Positions 11,527-22,819 of a stretch of 64,000 bases of DNA are shown piece after piece. Both the position numbers and the translations under genes were made by a program. Numbering within the stretch: position 1 is the first letter of the stretch; each line of letters begins with the position of its first letter. This DNA is from Patescibacteria group bacterium (lineage in GTDB: Bacteria; Patescibacteriota; Microgenomatia; UBA8517), in NCBI GenBank assembly GCA_038061225.1, contig JBBTZT010000003.1, positions 184,515 through 248,514 on the forward strand, read 5' to 3'. Below the pieces are notes generated by a model. That model worked only from the letters and a program-made list of their open reading frames with translations. It was not told the origin of the DNA and made no database searches.

Positions 11527-12615
11527 ATGGAAAAAGTTAGCTTATTGTCTTCCATGACAAGAGAAAATTTGCCAGAAAGAGTGGATCTGCAAAAAAAGGA
11601 TGGAGACCCAAGAAAAACTGCTTATTTTGTTAATACTCTTATGAATTATCACAGGGTAGTTCAGATTTGGAAAGACTTTGGAGCTTTAGAAAAAGTTACT
11701 TTTACAGACGATAAAAAGGCACAAAGTGATGTTGAGAAAGGGATTTCAGTCAAATTAAGAAAAGAAACTTGGGAAGAGAGAAGGCATATGGCGTCGGAGC
11801 ATTGCCTTACAGTTGAAGCAGGATGTAGAGTATTGGGTCAAGCCTTAGAAGAAAAAGGATTAATCGATGGTTTTGATCTAAAGATGTTAAGTAGCGCAGC
11901 TTTAATTCATGACGCAGGCAAGTTTTTGGAGTTCAATTTGGTGAGTATGGCTTTAATTGATAATCCTGACAAAGAAAAAATGTTAGATTTTATTAAATCT
12001 CAATATGGATTGTATTATTTAGATTCTGAAGCCCAAGAAGATATGAATAATGCCGTTGAGGAGATTATAAATTGTGGTCAATCTGGTACGCGAGGATTAA
12101 TAGCCTATGATCTAGCAAGTCGAATTAATGGTCGAAGGTTGATAACAGCAAGAGTAAATGAAGGTTTGGTGGAGATACAGGCACAAGTTGGCCATTCATC
12201 TTGTCCAGAAATGGAAAACTTATTAAATGAGTTTGAAGGAAAGATGGGACACGCTAGACAATTAGCTGTTGTCAAATTAGTTATACACTACGTAGATGAT
12301 ATTGTTACAAATCCAAATATAATTGATCCTGGGATTAGTGTTTTGCCGGACGGATCAAGACAAAATGCATTAGATAGACGTTGTGAACAAAATGAAAAAA
12401 ATGCTAAGTACAAAGATTATAATCTTGCTTGGCCAGAATATTCTAAAAGAGGTAATGGTGAGACAGCATTTCAAATGCAAAAGAGAGTTGGTAAAATGGT
12501 AGAAGCTAAATTGGCGGAACTACTAGGAATTGAGGATCCTCTTACTCTACCTGCTGTAATAAATCAGAGAATTGAAATGAATATACTTGACTTTACCTCT
12601 AAAAAGAACAGATAA
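11527..12615 (+). CDS. HD-domain metal-dependent phosphohydrolase of unknown substrate
   Basis: H..HD..H..D pattern: SEHCL, ALIHDAGK, GHSS, HYVDD. Confidence 0.65.
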   Translation: MEKVSLLSSMTRENLPERVDLQKKDGDPRKTAYFVNTLMNYHRVVQIWKDFGALEKVTFTDDKKAQSDVEKGISVKLRKETWEERRHMASEHCLTVEAGCRVLGQALEEKGLIDGFDLKMLSSAALIHDAGKFLEFNLVSMALIDNPDKEKMLDFIKSQYGLYYLDSEAQEDMNNAVEEIINCGQSGTRGLIAYDLASRINGRRLITARVNEGLVEIQAQVGHSSCPEMENLLNEFEGKMGHARQLAVVKLVIHYVDDIVTNPNIIDPGISVLPDGSRQNALDRRCEQNEKNAKYKDYNLAWPEYSKRGNGETAFQMQKRVGKMVEAKLAELLGIEDPLTLPAVINQRIEMNILDFTSKKNR

Positions 12616-12628
12616 TACTTCTATTATT

Positions 12629-13072
12629 ATGTCCGTTAAGCAACTATCACAAAAGGATTTTGAAAAGAGTTTTGAGTATGCTCCAAGGGTTGCCTTAAAT
12701 ATTCTAGTTAAAAATAGTAAGGGTGAAATTTTATTAACCAAAAGGGCAATTGAACCAGAAAGGGGAAGTTGGCACTATCCTGGGGGGTTTATTTTAAAAG
12801 GTGAAACACTTAACAAATGTTTTGAGAGAATATCTTCTAAAGAATTAGGAGTTAAATTAGATTTCAAAAAAACAAAGTTACTCGGAGCTTTTGAAAATAT
12901 CGAAGGTGACGCAAGAGGGCATATTCTTGATTTGATTTATGAATATAAATTTAGTAAAAATATTATTCTTTCTTTAACTAAAGAAACATCTGAAATAAAG
13001 TTCTTTAAGAAACTTCCAACCAAAATTGGTTTTAGTCAAAGAAGTATTCTTAATAAATTGGGCTTCAAGTAA
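12629..13072 (+). CDS. NUDIX hydrolase, GDP-mannose mannosyl hydrolase-like
   Basis: 'PRVALNILVKNSKGEILLTKR..P..G.W..PGG...KGET..ELG' resembles Gmm/WcaH; start set at ATG 12629. Confidence 0.75.
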   Translation: MSVKQLSQKDFEKSFEYAPRVALNILVKNSKGEILLTKRAIEPERGSWHYPGGFILKGETLNKCFERISSKELGVKLDFKKTKLLGAFENIEGDARGHILDLIYEYKFSKNIILSLTKETSEIKFFKKLPTKIGFSQRSILNKLGFK

Positions 13073-13096
13073 TTTTTTCTGCTATAATTGCTTCAA

Positions 13097-13765
13097 ATGG
13101 GTCACGGTCAACAAAGTTTTGATAAAAAATATTACAGACGATTTTTTGATAAATATACCAAGTCTGAATTTGATAAATATGTAAATTGGGCTTATGGATG
13201 GATTAAATTTTTAGATCGGTATGTGGATATTAAAAAAGGACAAGGGAGGACTCTCCTTGAATTAGGTTCATCACTTGGATACTTCTCAAGAGTTTTTAAA
13301 GATAGAGGATTTGATGTAACTGGAAGTGATATATCAAATTATATTGTTAAAAAAGCAGGATCTATTCAAAAAGATATTAAATTTATTAAATTAGATATTG
13401 AATCAAAATTAAATAATAGTAAAAAGTACGATTTTATCGTTGCCTTTGAGGTTTTAGAGCACTTGAAGGATCCTGAAAATGCTTTAAAGAATATAAAAAA
13501 AATGCTAAACAAAAATGGAGTTTTAATCTTTTCTACACCATATCCCACAAAAATAGCACTTGCAGATCCAACTCACATTAATGTCCACAAACCTTCATGG
13601 TGGAGAAGTATCGGTAAAAAAGCAGGTTTTATTAAAATGCAATTTATATACGCGACTTTTATACCATTTTTATATAGAATAAGTAAATATTTAAGTATTG
13701 GATTTCCTTTTAAGAGTGACATCCCTTACGTAAATAGTACAGTTTTTTTAATATTTAAAAAATGA
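13097..13765 (+). CDS. Class I SAM-dependent methyltransferase
   Basis: LELGSSLG, 'FEVLEHL.DP', 'STP'. Confidence 0.85.
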   Translation: MGHGQQSFDKKYYRRFFDKYTKSEFDKYVNWAYGWIKFLDRYVDIKKGQGRTLLELGSSLGYFSRVFKDRGFDVTGSDISNYIVKKAGSIQKDIKFIKLDIESKLNNSKKYDFIVAFEVLEHLKDPENALKNIKKMLNKNGVLIFSTPYPTKIALADPTHINVHKPSWWRSIGKKAGFIKMQFIYATFIPFLYRISKYLSIGFPFKSDIPYVNSTVFLIFKK

Positions 13766-16700
13766 AAAAAATATTTAGCAAAGATTGGTTTTGGTACGGA
13801 TCTTATATAATTATTGCTATCATTGGAATTTGGTTTTTAACAAAGCTTTGGGTTCCTGAAGGATTTGTTATTGCAGGTCATGACTCAGGACTTGCACTAA
13901 ATTCGGGTGAATTTTTAAAGACTAGGTTTTTTGCATGGGACGACAGAATTGATTTTGGCTCAGATAATTCTCCTCATTTTGGAAGCATAATCATGCATTC
14001 TTTCGATTATTTAATATCTTTACTTGCGGGTGTTCCTTATGCAGGTAGCCAGTTAGCAGTATTTCTTTGGATAACTGGAATCTTTATTTTTTCATTTATA
14101 TTTTCATACTCCTTAAAAGAAAAATTTGGAAAATATTTTGTTATGTTATTTCCTGTATTTTTAACTTTCAATTTTTTTATATTTCAATCAATTTTTATTT
14201 TAGAAAGAGCTAAATACGAATTAATTTTTTCTACTTTAATCTTTTTAACTTTAGCACTTAAAATTATTTTTGATAAAAGATCAAATGTCTTAAAATACTC
14301 AATAATATTTTCTTTTATGATTACGATTTTCAATGGAGGTGGTTGGTTTGGACTACCTCTTTACGGCGGATTATTCGTGATATCTTTAGTAATATTTCTA
14401 TTTACATTGGCAACTGGAATAAAAGAAAAAAAATACATTACTTTTAAGAATATATCGTTGTTTTATTTATTAAATCTAATATTTTTTGTTTTTTTGAATG
14501 CTTATTCAATATTTCCCTATTTTATTACTTTAATAAATTCAGACTATGCTAAAGTGATTAATCAAGGTACCATAAACGCTGGTAACGAATGGCTAAATTA
14601 TATTAGTCGCGGTAGCTCTTTTTTAAATCTTTTTAGAATGCAAGGGATTCCTGACTGGTATTTGACTGGTTATGGTGTTAACTCAGACCATGCATACGCT
14701 GGATTATATTTAACAAACATTAAATATGTTTTTATAAGTTTTTTGATACCAATACTTGCATTTTTGGGACTCTTGGTACCTTCCAGGGACAAAAAAGAAA
14801 AATATATTGTAATACTCTTTATTTTTTTGTTCTTAGTGTCTATGTTTTTTGTTTCAGGTACAAATTCTCCTCTTGGTTTTATATATGAATTTTTTTATAC
14901 AAGAATCCCCGGATTTAATATATTCCGTTCTCCATATTATAAATTTGCTCCTGCATATTTGATTGCTTTGAGCTTTTTACTTTCATACTCTTTATCAAAA
15001 ATTATTTTCTTAGTTGATAAAATTAAATTATTAAAGTTAATAGTATTTATTTTAATAATAATAGGATGGTTTTCGTACCACAAAATCATTTTTAACAGTA
15101 AGGACATCTTTACATGGCAACCAAATAAATCTACTCTTGTACAAATTCCTGAATATGTAAATGAATTTAATCGTTGGACAAAAGAAAGCGATATTAATGG
15201 AAGAATTTTAGTTGTCCCCTCATTTGATAAAACTTGGAGAGATGATTCATATAATTGGGGTTACTGGAGTTTGTCTCCTCTTCCATCTCTTCTTTTTAAA
15301 AATGCAAATTTTGTCGCCAATGATATAAATATTTATTCTGGAGAGGAGAATTGGATAAATGAGCTTTATTCGCTCATCGCCTCACGGGATATAAACAATT
15401 TTTTAAAAATTGCTAACCGTTTGGATGTTAAATATATGTTTCTAAAAGAAGACTATTTAACCACTTCTGATTTTGTTTCGATTGATTGGTTCTTTAAAGA
15501 CGACCATTTTACGCTTGTTAAAAAGTTTGGTCAGTGGTCTCTTTTTTCTATAAATGGTGTAGATAATTTAAATACGTTTAGACTTACAGAAAATGTTTTT
15601 TCAATTCCTAAAGAACAACAGTATCTAAAAAATCAGATACATAATGAAAATTACGATGATGGTTTATGGATAGATACAAAAAATGCAAATGATAATCTTA
15701 AAAAAATTGTTAAAAAGAAGTTTTACCCTCTTAATTGCGAATCTTGCCAGATTGAAAATCTTGGAAAACATGCTGAAATACCTGTGGTTAGAATTTTACC
15801 TAATTCACCTTTATATCAAGTAAAACAAAAAAGAAACAATCAAAATATTATCGATGCAAAAGATGATCAGGCAAAAATTGGAGTCTATTTGGGACTTATT
15901 ATGATTAAATTTAGTGAAGTAAGATCGATGTATGAGCTTAAAATAGAAAAACAGTTTATAAATAAAGGGTTAAATGACATCAATGAATATCTTCAGACAA
16001 TAACCGATATAATAACAAAAACTTCAGGGGACTCAACCAATTTTTATCTTGCGTCACGAATTTACGAAACGATTAATCCTTTGCAAAAGTTCTTTAGAGA
16101 TTATGTTAATAGTTCTGATTATAATTTTGAAAAATCATATATCAAAGATAATATTCTTAAGGTCTTGTGGCAAGGTGTTTCAATTAAAAAACTTTTTGAT
16201 CCAATAATAAAACAGGAAGATAGGTGGAATAATGAGAAATATTATAATTTAAGTCATCTTCCAAATTCAACATACAAACTATTAATAGATACCCAGACCT
16301 TGCCAGTAAATTCTTTAGGAGAAAAAATTAAACCAGATAGTATTAGTATGGATGAAAGTTCCCAAGAATTTAAGTTGGAGAATAGCTTGGATAGCAATAG
16401 ATTTTTGACTACTACTTTTGAGTCAATTAAAGACAACCTTGGGGTACATCTTAATTTTTCTAATCTACCAGATTTATTTCAGTTTAAAGGTGGTGAAGTA
16501 ATGGATCTTCCAGAAGGTATAAGGGGATGTGTAAGAGGAGAAATTAATAACTTTAATAATTCTCGTGTATACAGATTTAATATATCTTCAACTAAAGATA
16601 TAGATAATTTTAGGCTCTATATAAAAGAAAACAATAGTAAGATATTAGACAATGGATTTTTGCGAGGAGATGTTGAAATTGACATTACTGCAGGATTGGA

Positions 16701-17205
16701 TCAGAGGCCTTTTGAATATATATATGCACCCAACACAAACTCAAACAATCCACAAATATTTTTATGTAGGCGTGACGGATCAATCCCTCAAACTGCAAAA
16801 ATAACAGTAAAAGAGATATATTCACCTATTGTTTACGCCGTTAGTGACGTATCTGATATGAATAACGAAATTCTATCAGTGTCGTATGCAAAAGATAGTC
16901 CAACTCAGTATTCAATCAATATCGATAAACAGAGTAAAGATTTTGTTTTAGTTTACAACAGTCGCTTTAATGATCTTTGGGAACTTTACGATAAAGATAC
17001 TAAAAAAATAGTGACAAATCATTTTTTGGTAGACGGATATGCCAATGGGTGGATGATAAATAAAGGAAATTCTCGAAATTTACAGCTTGTTTATAAACCA
17101 CAAACGTGGTACGAAAAAGGTAGGATTATTTCTATAATTTCGGCATTATTACTTTTGCTAACTTTTGGTTATATAAATTATTTTAAAAAATATAAAAATG
17201 ATTAA
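13762..17205 (+). CDS. Large membrane protein, GT-C/AftD/YfhO-like, with long extracellular region and C-terminal TM
   Basis: 'AGHD' after TM1, about 12 TMs, 'FRSPYYKF', C-terminal 'HFLVDGYANGW..YKPQ'. Confidence 0.6.
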   Translation: MKKIFSKDWFWYGSYIIIAIIGIWFLTKLWVPEGFVIAGHDSGLALNSGEFLKTRFFAWDDRIDFGSDNSPHFGSIIMHSFDYLISLLAGVPYAGSQLAVFLWITGIFIFSFIFSYSLKEKFGKYFVMLFPVFLTFNFFIFQSIFILERAKYELIFSTLIFLTLALKIIFDKRSNVLKYSIIFSFMITIFNGGGWFGLPLYGGLFVISLVIFLFTLATGIKEKKYITFKNISLFYLLNLIFFVFLNAYSIFPYFITLINSDYAKVINQGTINAGNEWLNYISRGSSFLNLFRMQGIPDWYLTGYGVNSDHAYAGLYLTNIKYVFISFLIPILAFLGLLVPSRDKKEKYIVILFIFLFLVSMFFVSGTNSPLGFIYEFFYTRIPGFNIFRSPYYKFAPAYLIALSFLLSYSLSKIIFLVDKIKLLKLIVFILIIIGWFSYHKIIFNSKDIFTWQPNKSTLVQIPEYVNEFNRWTKESDINGRILVVPSFDKTWRDDSYNWGYWSLSPLPSLLFKNANFVANDINIYSGEENWINELYSLIASRDINNFLKIANRLDVKYMFLKEDYLTTSDFVSIDWFFKDDHFTLVKKFGQWSLFSINGVDNLNTFRLTENVFSIPKEQQYLKNQIHNENYDDGLWIDTKNANDNLKKIVKKKFYPLNCESCQIENLGKHAEIPVVRILPNSPLYQVKQKRNNQNIIDAKDDQAKIGVYLGLIMIKFSEVRSMYELKIEKQFINKGLNDINEYLQTITDIITKTSGDSTNFYLASRIYETINPLQKFFRDYVNSSDYNFEKSYIKDNILKVLWQGVSIKKLFDPIIKQEDRWNNEKYYNLSHLPNSTYKLLIDTQTLPVNSLGEKIKPDSISMDESSQEFKLENSLDSNRFLTTTFESIKDNLGVHLNFSNLPDLFQFKGGEVMDLPEGIRGCVRGEINNFNNSRVYRFNISSTKDIDNFRLYIKENNSKILDNGFLRGDVEIDITAGLDQRPFEYIYAPNTNSNNPQIFLCRRDGSIPQTAKITVKEIYSPIVYAVSDVSDMNNEILSVSYAKDSPTQYSINIDKQSKDFVLVYNSRFNDLWELYDKDTKKIVTNHFLVDGYANGWMINKGNSRNLQLVYKPQTWYEKGRIISIISALLLLLTFGYINYFKKYKND

Positions 17206-17557
17206 TAAATTTAATTTGCTTTTAGACAAATTTCTTATACAAGTTAGTGAAAGTGTGATGAAAAATAAATATAGAATAGTTGGCTATATTGTCTTGTCTA
17301 TTTTGATAGTTACTTTTTCGTTTTTACCATATCTAAATTTACTTTTTACTATTAATTTAATAGCATTTTTGCTACTAGCGTTGTTATTTGTTATTTTTAG
17401 AATAAATTGGAAGATTATAATTCACATATGCATGTTGCTATTTGTTGTGGCATTTTTCCTAACAATAACAGGTTTTACATCAACATCAATGATTTTGGGG
17501 GATTTTATATATGGATTTTTGGTTATTGTCGCAATTGAATATTTTATTTTAATATGA
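17198..17557 (+). CDS. Small integral membrane protein
   Basis: 3-4 hydrophobic segments; tightly packed in the operon. Confidence 0.65.
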   Translation: MINKFNLLLDKFLIQVSESVMKNKYRIVGYIVLSILIVTFSFLPYLNLLFTINLIAFLLLALLFVIFRINWKIIIHICMLLFVVAFFLTITGFTSTSMILGDFIYGFLVIVAIEYFILI

Positions 17558-17563
17558 AATATT

Positions 17564-20020
17564 ATGAAAAATAAACTAATATTTTTTTTAGGTCTTTTAA
17601 TTCCTGCAATTTTTGTCTATAAAACTGTTTTACTTTCTGGTCCACTTGCCTTTGCTGATGCCCCATATTTTTACCCTGAAGCTTTAAATATTTTTTTACA
17701 AAAACCTCTTGCTTGGTGGAATATAGGCAATGGACTTGGGGAAGTAAATTTACTTATCTGGATTTCACCTTTGATGTATCTATATAGTTACTTAGGAGCA
17801 AGATTTACATTTTATTTCCCTGCAATTATTTTTTCATTTTTAAGCCCAATTATCTTTACACGTTTTTTTAAATTTTCAAAAACTACACAATTCTTTTCAT
17901 CACTTGTATATGGTTTAAATACATACATAATTTTATTAATAGATGGGGGACAGGTTGGAGTAGCACTTGCCTACTCTTTTTTCCCTTTAGTTTTACTTTC
18001 TCTTTTAAAACTTACTAATAAATTAAATTATAGAAATTTTTTTAATAGTTTTCTTTTAGTTTTTGCACTAATTTTAATGGATCCTAGAATAGCAATTATT
18101 GCTTTTTTAACAATTTTATTTTGGAAACCAAAAAAAATATTTAGTCTAATGTTATTAGGATTGTCACTAATCCCTGTTAACATGTTTTGGCTATTATCTC
18201 TTTATAAAAACGGGGAGAATATTTTAAGTTTAGAAGTATCTTCATTAGAATTAACAAGTTTACTTAATTCTTTTTTCCTTTATCAACCTCACTGGCCAAG
18301 TAATATTTATGGACAAATTACAAATCCACCTTTTTATTTTGCATTAATTCCAATACTTATTTTTTTTGGGATTTTTTTTAATAAAGATAAAGATAGAAAG
18401 ATACTAAAAAAACTTGCTTTATTATTTTTAATCTTTGCCTTTTTAGCAAAAGGAGAAAACGACCCATTTGGATTTATTTATAAATTTATAATTAGTAAAA
18501 TTCCACTTGGATCCACCTTACGCGATTCCAGTAAATTTTTTATTCCTCTAATGCTTTTTGGGGGGGTGCTGATTGGAAACACAATAGATCAGTTAAAAAG
18601 TAAAGTGGTGCAAATTGTATGTTACATATTATTATTACTTTTAATTACTCCTGCACTTTTAGGAAAACTAAATTTTGTTCTCTCAAATAGAATTCAAAGT
18701 GATGATTATCGAAAAATATACAATAATTTGAAAGATGATTCCTCTAGCTATAAGACACTTTGGTTTCCTGAAAAACCTACATTAGGATTTAGTAGTACAA
18801 CCAATCCTGCCATTAATGCAAAGAGTTTGGTAGAATTAAGACCTTTTGCTTCCTTAAATGTAGGAAGTTCTGACTCTTTTAATTTTTTAAACCAGCCAGT
18901 ATCAGCTGAATGGTTAAAAATATTAGGTGTTAAATATATGTTTTTTCCAAAGGATACTAGAAAATTTATATTTTCAGAGGAAGAACAAGACGCGTGGCAA
19001 AGACTTCTTGATAATATTTCAGAAAACAAATCTTTCAAAAGAATTGATTGGAATACAGAGATGCCTGTTTTTGAAATTGTTGATTATAGACAAAAATCTT
19101 TTAAAGTTAATAAAATGTTAGCTGTTGTTGGTGGGGAAGATGTCTATGAAAAAGAAAAGATTGATCTAACTACTACAGCAACAATCTTTCTAGAAGATGG
19201 AAAGGTCAATTCAAATGATTTATTGCTATTAGACGACGGATCAATAGAACTTATATATAACGAAAAAGATAAAATAGATCTTAGATTTTCATTTTTACAA
19301 GATTACTTCTTAAATCAAAATGATATTGATAAAAATGATTGGGCTAAATATAATGAGAATCAATATTTACTTTGGAAGTACCAGCTTTTGATAAGAGGAA
19401 TTCAAACAAAAGAACACGATTATAAAAAGGGTATTCTTTTCTCTACTCAAAGTGATGAAAAGATTACCTATAACTTAAATATTAAAGATAATGGCAGATA
19501 TATAGTAGGAATTAGAGGAATGGGAGATGATAACAATAAGCTATTAATTGAGACAAAAGGATTTAAGCAAGAGCTAAGTCAGAAAAATGAAAGTTTTGCT
19601 TGGCAGTATCTAGAAGTTAATTTAGAAAAAGGGAAACAAAAATTAATTATTAACAATGAAAAGAGTATACAGATAATTAATACTATTGCTATTATTCCTA
19701 TTGACTTATGGAATCTGTCAGAACAAAAAACAATTGAATTTGAAAATAAATTCTCTGCTAAAAAAGGACAAATTGTAACCAATTGGCTTATTTATTCAGA
19801 AAATTATCACTCACAATTACAAATCGATTGTGATGGCAGAAAGATTATTCCTGTTGCTGCTTATTCTATGATAAATGGTTACTTGATAACAAATTGTCCT
19901 TATGTAAATAACCCTAGTTTTGTAGGACAAAAATACGTTGATCTTGGTATTAAGATAAGTCTTGTTTATTTTGTTATAATTTCACTGTGGGTAATATTTA
20001 TAACAAAGTTCTCTCGTTAG
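17564..20020 (+). CDS. Membrane protein, GT-C/YfhO-like
   Basis: 'FADAP' after TM1, 'LRDSSKF', C-terminal 'AYSMINGY' plus TM; architecture parallels 13762-17205. Confidence 0.55.
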   Translation: MKNKLIFFLGLLIPAIFVYKTVLLSGPLAFADAPYFYPEALNIFLQKPLAWWNIGNGLGEVNLLIWISPLMYLYSYLGARFTFYFPAIIFSFLSPIIFTRFFKFSKTTQFFSSLVYGLNTYIILLIDGGQVGVALAYSFFPLVLLSLLKLTNKLNYRNFFNSFLLVFALILMDPRIAIIAFLTILFWKPKKIFSLMLLGLSLIPVNMFWLLSLYKNGENILSLEVSSLELTSLLNSFFLYQPHWPSNIYGQITNPPFYFALIPILIFFGIFFNKDKDRKILKKLALLFLIFAFLAKGENDPFGFIYKFIISKIPLGSTLRDSSKFFIPLMLFGGVLIGNTIDQLKSKVVQIVCYILLLLLITPALLGKLNFVLSNRIQSDDYRKIYNNLKDDSSSYKTLWFPEKPTLGFSSTTNPAINAKSLVELRPFASLNVGSSDSFNFLNQPVSAEWLKILGVKYMFFPKDTRKFIFSEEEQDAWQRLLDNISENKSFKRIDWNTEMPVFEIVDYRQKSFKVNKMLAVVGGEDVYEKEKIDLTTTATIFLEDGKVNSNDLLLLDDGSIELIYNEKDKIDLRFSFLQDYFLNQNDIDKNDWAKYNENQYLLWKYQLLIRGIQTKEHDYKKGILFSTQSDEKITYNLNIKDNGRYIVGIRGMGDDNNKLLIETKGFKQELSQKNESFAWQYLEVNLEKGKQKLIINNEKSIQIINTIAIIPIDLWNLSEQKTIEFENKFSAKKGQIVTNWLIYSENYHSQLQIDCDGRKIIPVAAYSMINGYLITNCPYVNNPSFVGQKYVDLGIKISLVYFVIISLWVIFITKFSR

Positions 20021-21264
20021 TAAAATCAACTACTGCAAAAGATACCTATATTCTTTTCGTTGGAAATATAATGTCAGCCTTTTTTGGATTTATTTTTATT
20101 TATATTTTGACACACAGATTAACAGTTGATGAGTTTGGTGTTTTTTCTGCAGCGGCCAACTTAATTGTAATTATTTCTTCATTTACTGATCTTGGTATTA
20201 CTACAGCAATGATAAACTTTGTTTCTCAAAAACTAGGAAATCATGATAATTATGGCGCGAACAGATATTTAAAAGCATCATTTATTATAAGATTTGTATC
20301 TGTTGCTATAGTTTCTACAATAGTTCTTTTAATTCCTAAATTTGTTGCAACTAATCTATTATCAACCTCAGACTTTACAGTTTCTTACTGGGTGGGATTA
20401 ATTTCAATTGGACTTACTGCTTGGTTGACTTTTCCTTATGCAATGATGGCTTATAAAAAATTTTGGCAATCTGTTGCTTTGGATTGGTCACTGGGGATTC
20501 CAAGAATTTTAATATTTTTGTCTCTTGCAAGTTTGTTACCAATAAATCTTAATTTGGCATTGATGTCTTACGGATTAAGTACTATTTTACCTATATTTTT
20601 TGGATTCAGTATTATTGGTCTTAAATTTTTGAAAGTAAAAGCTACTAAAAATGATTATCTTAGTTTAGTAAAATTTTCAGGTTGGTTGGGTGTTAATAGA
20701 ATTGTTTCATCGATTTCTGGAAGATTGGATATAACGATGCTTGCAAATTTAACAAATGCAGTTGTGGTTGGAGAATATTCAATCGCTTCAAGACTTTCAT
20801 CGTTTGTAATTGTATTATCTTCAAGTTTAGGTTCAGTATTATCAACACGTTTTTCAAGATTTAACGATAGAGAAAAAGAAAAGAGATACTTAATCAAATC
20901 AACACTGTTTACTATTCCAATAGTTTTTGGGGTGATACTATGGATTATAATTGCGAAGCCGTTTGTATTAATCTTATTTGGTCAAAAATATTTTGAGTCC
21001 ATTAAAATTCTTCAATATTTATTAATTTCAATAATACCGTTTATTCTTTCAACCCCTGCAGTAACTGCTATAGTTCATGCCATGAGAAAGCCAGTCTATA
21101 TTGGTGTATTTTCATTTGTTCAGGTATTAATGATTTTTCTTTTTAATTATTTTTTCATAAATTTATTTGATGGATTGGGACCAGCGGTTGCGTTTATATT
21201 ATCTAACACTGTTCTTGCAATTTATTCATTTGCTATTGTATGGAAATATTATTTTTCGATATGA
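19987..21264 (+). CDS. Oligosaccharide flippase (Wzx/MOP family)
   Basis: About 12 TMs, 'EFGVFS', 'DLGI', 'D..ML', 'VGEYSIA.RL'. Confidence 0.85.
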   Translation: MGNIYNKVLSLVKSTTAKDTYILFVGNIMSAFFGFIFIYILTHRLTVDEFGVFSAAANLIVIISSFTDLGITTAMINFVSQKLGNHDNYGANRYLKASFIIRFVSVAIVSTIVLLIPKFVATNLLSTSDFTVSYWVGLISIGLTAWLTFPYAMMAYKKFWQSVALDWSLGIPRILIFLSLASLLPINLNLALMSYGLSTILPIFFGFSIIGLKFLKVKATKNDYLSLVKFSGWLGVNRIVSSISGRLDITMLANLTNAVVVGEYSIASRLSSFVIVLSSSLGSVLSTRFSRFNDREKEKRYLIKSTLFTIPIVFGVILWIIIAKPFVLILFGQKYFESIKILQYLLISIIPFILSTPAVTAIVHAMRKPVYIGVFSFVQVLMIFLFNYFFINLFDGLGPAVAFILSNTVLAIYSFAIVWKYYFSI

Positions 21265-22130
21265 AAATTGTAGCACATGTTTTGTTAAAAAATGAATCTA
21301 GTTTTGTATGGTATTCAATTATGTCGGTTTTACCTTATGTCGATAGGATTAGAATTTGGGATATGGGAAGTACAGATGATACATTAAAAATAGTTGAAGA
21401 AATAAAAAAGACTAAATTGGCACAAAGCAAGGAATTTTTTGAAGTTAAACACTATAAGGAAGTTCAATTTAGTGAGAAAGAATCTCGTCAAAAGATGCTT
21501 GATGCTGAAAATAATGTCAAATCTGAAACAAATTGGTTTATTGTTTTGGATGCAGATGAAATTTGGTGGGATAGTTCAATCAAGTTGCTTACAGATACAA
21601 TAAAAAATGAAGGTGATAAATTGGAATCAATTGTTGTCCCGACAGTCAACATGATTGGCGACATGTTTCATTTTCAAGAAAAACAAGCGGGTAGATATCA
21701 TTTAGCTGGTAGAGTGGGGCATTACGCGCTTCGTGCTATAAATAGAAAAATTCCAGGTCTTCACGGTCAGGGAGAACATGGCGTCTTTACGTGGGCGGAC
21801 GAAAGTAATTTGAAAATTGAAAGTAGAGATAGAAAGAAAATTAAATATCTAGATGCACCATATATTCACACGACACACTTGAAGCGGTCAGACAATATCA
21901 ACGGTGACAAACAAGTGTATAAACGTGCTAAAAAGCTAAAATATGAAATAGGTATTGATGTACCTAAAAATTTTTACTATCCTGAAGTTTTTTTTAGAGA
22001 TAAACCAAGTTTTGTAAAATCACCGTGGGAAAAAATGTCTATAGTCTACGGACTAAAGTCGGCAGTAGTGACTCCATTGAAGAAATTTAGGCGAAGATAC
22101 TTAATGAAAGGAGTAAAACATGGGTATTGA
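21261..22130 (+). CDS. GT2 family glycosyltransferase
   Basis: 'KNE', 'DMGSTDDT', 'LDADE'; ATGA overlap gives the start. Confidence 0.85.
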   Translation: MKIVAHVLLKNESSFVWYSIMSVLPYVDRIRIWDMGSTDDTLKIVEEIKKTKLAQSKEFFEVKHYKEVQFSEKESRQKMLDAENNVKSETNWFIVLDADEIWWDSSIKLLTDTIKNEGDKLESIVVPTVNMIGDMFHFQEKQAGRYHLAGRVGHYALRAINRKIPGLHGQGEHGVFTWADESNLKIESRDRKKIKYLDAPYIHTTHLKRSDNINGDKQVYKRAKKLKYEIGIDVPKNFYYPEVFFRDKPSFVKSPWEKMSIVYGLKSAVVTPLKKFRRRYLMKGVKHGY

Positions 22131-22818
22131 TTACAAAAATTATCACAGAGATGATGATTACAATAAAATGGAGTCAACTTTTAAAAATATTTTTAAAAAA
22201 AGATTTAAATTAATTTCAAAATTTATTAAGAATCCAAAAAGAGTTTTAGATATTGGTTGTTCAAATGGAGTTTTTTTGGATTTGTATCACAATTCTGAAA
22301 CATGGGGAGTGGAACCATCAAGCATTGGATATAGGATAAAAGATGTAAGACATAGGATAATACACGAGTATTTTGAAGATGCAAAGATACCTGAGAACTA
22401 TTTTGATTTAGTTATTATGAATCATACATTAGAACACGTTAAAGATGCTGATTTAGTTCTTGCAAAAATATATGAATTATTGAGAAAAAATAGAATATTG
22501 TTTATAGATGTTCCCAATGCAGGAGGACTTGGATCTAAAATAATGGGAGATAATTGGGCATATAGATTAGCAAATGAACACAATTATCAGTTTACTAAAG
22601 TTTCGCTTTCAAAAAAACTAAAAGATTCTGGTTTTAAGATAATACATTGGGAATCAAGATCGGGTATTTTTGAACTGGCAAATCCACTACAAGATTTATG
22701 GCTTTCATTAATTAATTTTAAAATGCGTTTTGTAACAAATATTGTTTTATTCCCATATAGTATAGTTACCACGTTATTAAATATGGGAGATAGTATGAGC
22801 TTCGTCGTAAAAAAATAA
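22120..22818 (+). CDS. Class I SAM-dependent methyltransferase
   Basis: LDIGCSNG, 'NHTLEHV', 'VPN'. Confidence 0.88.
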   Translation: MGIDYKNYHRDDDYNKMESTFKNIFKKRFKLISKFIKNPKRVLDIGCSNGVFLDLYHNSETWGVEPSSIGYRIKDVRHRIIHEYFEDAKIPENYFDLVIMNHTLEHVKDADLVLAKIYELLRKNRILFIDVPNAGGLGSKIMGDNWAYRLANEHNYQFTKVSLSKKLKDSGFKIIHWESRSGIFELANPLQDLWLSLINFKMRFVTNIVLFPYSIVTTLLNMGDSMSFVVKK

Positions 22819-22819
22819 T

